A stretch of DNA of 64,000 nt. It comes from Candidatus Aminicenantes bacterium. GTDB lineage: Bacteria > Acidobacteriota > Aminicenantia > Aminicenantales > Saccharicenantaceae. Shown here in pieces: positions 58,291-64,000 of this stretch (within the stretch, counting starts at the first letter, position 1; every line of letters begins with the position of its first letter). The position numbers were made by a program, and so were the translations under genes. The notes beneath the pieces are model-generated. The model was not told the origin of the DNA. It saw only the letters and a list, made by a program, of their open reading frames with translations, and did not search any database. The stretch is from NCBI GenBank assembly GCA_963727095.1, contig CAVSEQ010000005.1, positions 1,428,280 to 1,492,279 on the forward strand. The letters run 5' to 3'.

Positions 58291-59691
58291 CTACTTCGGG
58301 CCGGTCATGCTCTGCGCCGACGCGCCCAACCCGGCGTCGTCCCTGACATAGGCGACCCCGGTTTGCCTGAGCAGGTTCCTGTATTCTTCGTCGCTCACCT
58401 CGTCTCTGACCTCGGCTTCGACGTGCTTCCCGAAATAGAGCTTCTTATTGATTTCGTCGATCAGACTTCCAACCCTAAGATACAAGCTGGCCTGGGCATG
58501 GTCCACGACGACCGTCACTTTGTCCTCACGGATGACGACGACGCGGACGCCGGGGAGCTTGCTCATCTTTTGCACGAATTTTTTGAGCATCCGCCGCTTC
58601 TTGTTGCGGAAAGCCCGGTACACGAAAAAGCCGATGATGACCGGACCCAAAAACCCTCCTCCGTTGATCCCCTTGATGAGGAGCGCCACCATCAAGATGA
58701 CTGCCGCGGCCAGCCCGATGAGGCCGGCCGTCCCGAGAGGAATGGTCGTTTTCAACCGTTCCATCCATTCCCGCAAACGCATCCCTGAAGGCAGCGATCG
58801 CCGCGTTCCCGATTCCAGGTCCTGCTTCAGGCGCTTGAGGTCGGCGGCCAGGACACGGGCGTCGGGATAGCGGTCCTCGGGCCGTTTCCGCAGGCAGCGT
58901 TGGATGATGCGATGGACGTCCGGCGAGAGATTTTTCCGCACAATCGTCACCGGCTGGGCCTCTTCGTAGGCTATGGCGTGCATGGTGTCGATGGGGGAGT
59001 CGCCTTTGAAAGGCAGCTCGCCGGTCACCATTTCGTAAATGACGACGCCCAAGGAGAAGATGTCGCTCCGAGCGTCCATGGCCTGCCCGCGGGCCTGCTC
59101 GGGGCTCATATAACTGATGGTGCCCATCACGGTGCCCGGAAGAGTGTTCGTGCGGTTCTTCGTCCACGTGCGTTCCGCTCCGGCCGGCGTCTCGGGTTCT
59201 TTTCCGGCGGACTCACGCAGCTTGGCCAGCCCGAAGTCGAGGATCTTGGCATGGCCTTCCGGCGTGACCATGATGTTGTCCGACTTGATGTCGCGATGGA
59301 TGATCCCTGCCTCGTGTGCCCGGCCCAGCCCTTCGGCGACCTGGAGCGCGATCTCCACCGCTCCCATGAGGTCGAGCTCCCGATCGGCGATCAGACGGCT
59401 GACCGTTTTGCCGGCGACGTACTCCATGGCGATGAAGACCGTTCCTGCGGCCTCGTCGATCTCATAGATCTGGGCGATCGCCGGGTGGGTCACCGCGGCC
59501 GCGGAGCGCGCCTCGAGCAGGAAACGTGTCCGGCGATCGGGATCCGACACGAACTGCGGCGGCAGGAGCTTGAGCGCAACCGGCCGTTCGAGCCGCGTGT
59601 CTCTCGCCAGGTACACGACGCCCATGCCGCCCTTGCCGAGCATGGACTCGATTTTGTAGTGCGTGAGCACGCTGCCGATCAGTTCTGTCAT
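58291..59691 (-). CDS. Hanks-type serine/threonine protein kinase with one TM helix and a C-terminal domain of unknown function
   Basis: GKGGMGVVY, VALK, HRDIKSDN, DFGLA, SPEQ subdomains. Confidence 0.9.
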   Translation of the reverse strand: MTELIGSVLTHYKIESMLGKGGMGVVYLARDTRLERPVALKLLPPQFVSDPDRRTRFLLEARSAAAVTHPAIAQIYEIDEAAGTVFIAMEYVAGKTVSRLIADRELDLMGAVEIALQVAEGLGRAHEAGIIHRDIKSDNIMVTPEGHAKILDFGLAKLRESAGKEPETPAGAERTWTKNRTNTLPGTVMGTISYMSPEQARGQAMDARSDIFSLGVVIYEMVTGELPFKGDSPIDTMHAIAYEEAQPVTIVRKNLSPDVHRIIQRCLRKRPEDRYPDARVLAADLKRLKQDLESGTRRSLPSGMRLREWMERLKTTIPLGTAGLIGLAAAVILMVALLIKGINGGGFLGPVIIGFFVYRAFRNKKRRMLKKFVQKMSKLPGVRVVVIREDKVTVVVDHAQASLYLRVGSLIDEINKKLYFGKHVEAEVRDEVSDEEYRNLLRQTGVAYVRDDAGLGASAQSMTGPK

Positions 59692-59763
59692 TGTCCGAAT
59701 CGCCGCCGTGGTTTCAGCCCCTTAATTACCACAGGACTCCATGCGGGTCAAACATTCCGGCTC

Positions 59764-62466
59764 CTACTTGGACGTGATGAGGTTCCGCCGGCGCAGCGCC
59801 TCTACACCTTTCTCCCACGGCCCGGCGTCGGCCCATAGGTAGTAGGAAAAATAGCGGACCGTCTTCTGGAAAATCGGGACCCACGGCTGGAATTCGGCGT
59901 AATAGTGCTGCGACTCGCCGTTGGACGGGTGGTTCATCCACATATGAAGGAACTCCGGCTCGCTCACCGGATAGGCGCCCACGAAGCAGACGTCCTCGAC
60001 CGTGTCCCGTCCGGCGTTCCAGCCTTCCTTGAGGAAGAGGGCTTCGCCGAAGTATTCCTCGGGCCGCATGTGGAATTGACGTAACCCCTGCACTGTAGGC
60101 ACAGTGAAGACGTCCTCGGTCCAGTGCCTTTTCCCGAGCTCGAGGATGGGCTGGGGACCCAGCATGTGGAGTTCCGGGTTCCGGAATTCGAGGGCGAAAC
60201 GGACCTCGACGAGGGGCGAATCGCCGTAGAGCGTGAAGGTTTTCTCCAGGCGGTTCCCATAGTAGTCCGTCCACATCCGGACCTGGGCGAATGTGCCGCC
60301 GCGCTGCACGACCTCCGCCTCGTACACCCTGTGCGTTTCTATCGAGGCCTGTCCGAGGAAATCTTCGAAACCGCCGTAGGGATAGAAGCCGCGCTCGCGG
60401 AAGGGGCGCTTGTCGGTATCCTCTTTCTCGGGCCAGAGCTTGAACAGAACGTTGTCGTTCCGCTCCTTGACGAAGTCCTCGATGATGCGGGCGCCGATCC
60501 GGAGAAGAGTGACCCGGACCTTGGCGTTCTCCATTCTGTATTCCATGAGGCCGTCGCCGTCGAGGTCAACCTCCGTCAGGGTAGCCTTCCCCGCAGCCGG
60601 CTCGACGCCGAGTTGGGTCTCGTTCGATGCACCGAGAGCCGCAACCTTGACCGTGTACGAGCCGGGCTGAAGAGGAAGCCGGAACGTCATCTCCTCATGT
60701 TCTCCGGGCCGGGCCTTTCCGGTCGTCGTCGTTGAAAATACGGGCGTCGCCGGAGCGTCCTTGGCGAAGACCTTGACCGCGACCGGATACGTCGCCGCGT
60801 CCGTAAAATTGTAGACCGAAACGGGGTACACAACTTCCGGAGACTGGCCGTAAAGCAGTTTATGGACGGAAACGGCCGGCGGAAGGTCGAGGACCGTGAG
60901 CGTTCTTTTGTGGCCGCCCGGCCAGCGTAGGTCGACACGAATAGGATTGGCCTTGGACATGGCCGAAAGCGAAGTTTTAACGGCCGTCCGGAAGACCCGC
61001 TCCGACCGCGGAGGAAGCGATGCGCTCAATGTTTTGTTTAGAACTTGAAGCTCCGGTGCGGGCCGGACCTCGAGTGTTCCTGCGACCGGCGTGTCGCCGG
61101 CATTCGCGGCGCGGATGACGAGCTCCCGCCCCTCGACGGATGCCGCCACTTGAACGCGGTCGCCGAAATAGTCCTCGAGGAAGACACGATCGAGAAGAAG
61201 CATCTGAAGCGCTGTCCTCAGTGACGCGGGACCCATCATTCTGCCCTGGGCGAGGATTCCGACCGCCTGCCGCGCGAGGATCGCGTCCCACATCAGCTCG
61301 CGGGTCATGCGAATGCCTTTTTTCGAGAAAAGGACCATGCAGGCCGGAGCATCCTCGCGAATGAAGCCCGTCTGGAGGATGAACGGCACGTTCTCCTCAT
61401 CGATCTGCTTCTTGTTGCCGTCGATCGCGATATACCCGTCGTATTTGAACTTATCGCACTCCGGCGCGTACACGGGCCGGAAAATATGCCCGCCCCGGTC
61501 CTTGACGAACGTGATCCATTCCTCTTCGGTCGGCATGTCCTGGATCTTCAGCCCGTCCCAGTTCCGGAGCCCGTACGCGATGGTGCCGAGGCTGTGCGTG
61601 GCCTTTCCCGTGCCCACGTCCGTGACGACGTCGAGCCCGACCTTGGCCAGCCAGCCCGGAAGCTCTTTCTGCATCATGAAGTCCATATAGCCGCTGAATG
61701 TGAACCAGTCGTTGCCCTGATCGAGGCCTTTGCCGATGACCTCGAGGGGATGGCCGGGGAAGCAGGTGACGCTGTGCAGGAGCGTCCCGGTGCCGAACCA
61801 GCCGCGGTGAAGGTCGGAACGGCCGAGAAGGTCCCTGACGTTTCCTATGAGAACTTTGAACCGGGCGCGGCCCGTGGCGCTGTCCGTTACGACCGCGAAA
61901 AGCCGCCGCGCTCCATGGAAAAGAACAAAGGCCCGGAGATCGCGGTAGTCCCGAGCGTTGAGCTGGTGACTGAAGAGCTTTTCCCTCCATGCGGAAAGAT
62001 CGGGAATAAGGCCGAGGAGCCCTCGGCCGAGCTCGGACGACGGCTTCGCCCAGAGCAGAATGTCCTCGCTGTCGAGAGCCTTTTCGACCGCGGCGGCTTC
62101 CGGATCGTCCATCTCCCGGACCGGGCTGCGGAAAAGCTCCTTGAGGAAACCCTCGGCCATGATCAATCCCGGGATGCCCAATTCCTCGGCGGTGTCGATT
62201 TTGTTCTGAGCGACCGTCCTCGGGATGTCAGGCTGGCTGATCAGAAAAAGATTCCCGTACTGCGACCATCGCCAATAAATATCATGCCAGTAATTCGTGT
62301 AGCCGTTGAATTGACCGGACATCGTGACGGCCGTCGCGGCCGGGTCGAATGCCGCCGTGCACTTGAAGTTGCGGAGGTTGTCCGCAGAAGCGGGCGCGGC
62401 AAGGACGAAGATCCCCGCCGTGATCCAGAGGAGTATTGCATTACAATTTCTTTGCGATCGGTGCAT
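59764..62466 (-). CDS. large secreted hypothetical protein (about 900 aa), possibly carbohydrate-active
   Basis: Signal peptide; located 72 nt upstream of the kinase gene on the same strand. Confidence 0.55.
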   Translation of the reverse strand: MHRSQRNCNAILLWITAGIFVLAAPASADNLRNFKCTAAFDPAATAVTMSGQFNGYTNYWHDIYWRWSQYGNLFLISQPDIPRTVAQNKIDTAEELGIPGLIMAEGFLKELFRSPVREMDDPEAAAVEKALDSEDILLWAKPSSELGRGLLGLIPDLSAWREKLFSHQLNARDYRDLRAFVLFHGARRLFAVVTDSATGRARFKVLIGNVRDLLGRSDLHRGWFGTGTLLHSVTCFPGHPLEVIGKGLDQGNDWFTFSGYMDFMMQKELPGWLAKVGLDVVTDVGTGKATHSLGTIAYGLRNWDGLKIQDMPTEEEWITFVKDRGGHIFRPVYAPECDKFKYDGYIAIDGNKKQIDEENVPFILQTGFIREDAPACMVLFSKKGIRMTRELMWDAILARQAVGILAQGRMMGPASLRTALQMLLLDRVFLEDYFGDRVQVAASVEGRELVIRAANAGDTPVAGTLEVRPAPELQVLNKTLSASLPPRSERVFRTAVKTSLSAMSKANPIRVDLRWPGGHKRTLTVLDLPPAVSVHKLLYGQSPEVVYPVSVYNFTDAATYPVAVKVFAKDAPATPVFSTTTTGKARPGEHEEMTFRLPLQPGSYTVKVAALGASNETQLGVEPAAGKATLTEVDLDGDGLMEYRMENAKVRVTLLRIGARIIEDFVKERNDNVLFKLWPEKEDTDKRPFRERGFYPYGGFEDFLGQASIETHRVYEAEVVQRGGTFAQVRMWTDYYGNRLEKTFTLYGDSPLVEVRFALEFRNPELHMLGPQPILELGKRHWTEDVFTVPTVQGLRQFHMRPEEYFGEALFLKEGWNAGRDTVEDVCFVGAYPVSEPEFLHMWMNHPSNGESQHYYAEFQPWVPIFQKTVRYFSYYLWADAGPWEKGVEALRRRNLITSK

Positions 62467-62610
62467 CGTATGCCTCCACGTCACGGAAGTTGGTCCGCTC
62501 GGAATCGGCCCCATTATACTTGTGCGCGGCCGGCGGCGGAAGCGCGAATTACCTGAAGAGAACGAAGTCCGTCCCGCCGCTGTCCGGTCGGAAACCGTCC
62601 CATCTGCCGC

Positions 62611-62917
62611 TTGACCCGATCGCCGACGCTAAGCCCCGCCTTTCAGTCCCCATCGCGGGATTCCACGGACGTGAGTCCGCGGAATCCCGCGATGGGGGCA
62701 GGCGCTCCAAAGCCTGCAAAAGTTGGATCCCACGGACGGATCCCCCGGCTGTCATCAAGAGGCCGCCTTCGGCAGTCTCTTGATGGCTGCGGGGGTTGAG
62801 GCCAACAGGATCCCCCGGCTGTCAGCTCGTGGAGCTTCAGGGCGGGGACAGAAGCGAGGCTCAGGGTTAACCCCGAACAAGCCCCGGCATTCATGCCGGG
62901 GACTCGAGGGGTTGACC
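62611..62917. repeat. mosaic intergenic repeat element, paralog of 44379-44593
   Basis: Three shared modules, plus an insertion of a direct repeat ggatcccccggctgtca x2. Ends in TTGACC at 62912-62917. Confidence 0.7.
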
Positions 62918-62983
62918 GAGGCTCCCGGCAAAGATTAAGATGCTCCCGAATTGATTCCGCTCGCTCGAACGGAGGGAAAGAAC

Positions 62984-64000
62984 ATGAAGCGAATCCTCGC
63001 CGGGCTCCTGATCTTGGCGGCCCCGTGGGCTGTTCTCGCCGCGGACCGCGATCCGTCTGCGTCGCACGACAAGGCGCGTCTCGACCGATTTGTCCGCGAC
63101 CGTGTCGAGCGGACGGGGACGCCGCCGTTCTCATTCATCTATGACGGCAAGCCGTCTTCAGGATTGCTGGAAAGATGGACCGCAACGTCCGCCGCGCGCA
63201 CCGACTCGGATAAATCGATAAAAACTATCGTCTATACGGATCACGCGACAGGGCTGCGCATCACGGCGACTTATACTCTCTATTCCGATTTCCCGGCCGT
63301 CGAATGGGTCATCCGCTTCAAAAACGAAGGCCGGTCGGACACCCCCCTGATCGAAGACGTCCAGGCCGGTGCCGTTGCATTCGGGGACCTTCCCGACGGG
63401 CCGATGACACTTTACCACGCCCGGGGCAGCAGCGCCGAGCGTACCGACTTTGGTCCCCTCCAGGACGTCCTCGATAAAAGCGGCGAGGTCCGCTTCGGCC
63501 CATCCGGCGGACGATCCTCCGACACGACGGCCCTCCCGTTCTTCAACATGGCCTCGCCCGGCCGCGGCATCATGGCCGCCGTCGGCTGGAGCGGCAAATG
63601 GGTCGCCGTCGTGAGACGGAATGGCCCGCACAGCCTCACGCTCAAGGCCGGCATGGAGAAGACTCATTTCAGGCTCCATCCCGGCGAAGAGGTCCGCACT
63701 CCGTCGATCGCCCTGCTCTTTTGGAAGGGCGAAGACCGGCTCGTGGGTCACAACCTCTTCCGGCGTTTCGTCCTGGCGCATCACACGCCTCGCCCTCAAG
63801 GACATCCGGTCGACCTCCCCCTCAGCCACGGCATCGCGTTCGGCGGACCGTTCCCCTGCAATGAATATGTCTGCGCCACCGAGAGCTATGCGCTGGCCAT
63901 GATCGACAGGCTCAAGCAATTCGGCATCGAGCCCGAGGCCTGCTGGATCGATGCGGGCTGGTACGAGAACGCCACCAAGAACTGGTGGCAGGGAGTCGGG
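62984..64000 (+). CDS. secreted glycoside hydrolase, GH36-like (alpha-galactosidase family), 5' part only (runs off the window)
   Basis: Signal peptide; GGAGGG RBS; open frame to the window end; CWIDAGW block resembling the GH36 DDGWF region. Confidence 0.5.
   Translation, partial: MKRILAGLLILAAPWAVLAADRDPSASHDKARLDRFVRDRVERTGTPPFSFIYDGKPSSGLLERWTATSAARTDSDKSIKTIVYTDHATGLRITATYTLYSDFPAVEWVIRFKNEGRSDTPLIEDVQAGAVAFGDLPDGPMTLYHARGSSAERTDFGPLQDVLDKSGEVRFGPSGGRSSDTTALPFFNMASPGRGIMAAVGWSGKWVAVVRRNGPHSLTLKAGMEKTHFRLHPGEEVRTPSIALLFWKGEDRLVGHNLFRRFVLAHHTPRPQGHPVDLPLSHGIAFGGPFPCNEYVCATESYALAMIDRLKQFGIEPEACWIDAGWYENATKNWWQGVG

Noticed and set aside
1-64000. tRNA, rRNA, integrase/transposase, toxin-antitoxin, restriction-modification or Cas genes
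   Set aside because: I scanned the intergenic regions and small ORFs. I saw no tRNA cloverleaf signatures (e.g. GTTCGAATC-type T-arms) and no characteristic motifs of those protein families.

Overview
The 64 kb window is a GC-rich bacterial chromosomal segment that is densely coding on both strands. I infer an Acidobacteriota-like origin from two observations: a 'VWFA-related Acidobacterial' type VWA protein, and many Tat- or Sec-secreted carbohydrate-active enzymes (CAZymes). I found no rRNA, tRNA, CRISPR array, or IS/transposase gene.

Recognisable content, in order along the window:
- a ribose-type sugar ABC transporter (substrate-binding protein, ATPase, permease);
- a Spy/CpxP-like LTXXQ periplasmic protein;
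- a sigma-54-driven gene for a secreted protein with a FecR-like domain, a Trp-rich repeat and a Ser/Arg-rich tail;
- an MFS transporter;
- a Tat-signal Gfo/Idh/MocA oxidoreductase;
- a class III anaerobic ribonucleotide reductase operon (nrdD, a glutaredoxin-like gene, nrdG) followed by dut;
- a GH127 glycoside hydrolase;
- a MacAB-like efflux system (periplasmic adaptor, two FtsX permeases, ATPase);
- a three-gene cluster of two FAD oxidoreductases plus a DUF1667 protein;
- a Maf-RlmD fusion gene;
- a GH42-like hydrolase;
- an M1-like peptidase;
- a ROK kinase;
- a CBS-pair protein, a SpoU methyltransferase, an OsmC-family protein, a LysE-family exporter and SppA;
- a DUF429 protein;
- a diacylglycerol-kinase-like lipid kinase and a CDP-alcohol phosphatidyltransferase;
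- an M19 dipeptidase;
- a signalling locus made of a family-5 solute-binding protein, a frameshifted histidine kinase, a sigma-54 NtrC-like regulator and a CheY-like regulator;
- a NUDIX hydrolase, trpS, and a DUF4097 protein;
- a large secreted protein followed by a Hanks-type Ser/Thr kinase;
- a truncated GH36-like gene at the 3' edge.

The observations most worth a second look are:
- a family of modular, hairpin-rich intergenic repeats present at six or more loci, whose 3' module ends in TTGAC and so donates a -35 box to the downstream gene;
- a near-identical 19-nt palindrome flanking the two-component locus, positioned as an upstream activator site (UAS) for a sigma-54 promoter;
- a Maf-RlmD gene fusion;
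- a ~370-aa Ser/Arg-rich low-complexity tail on a sigma-54-dependent secreted protein.

I did not recognise a known defence or mobile system.
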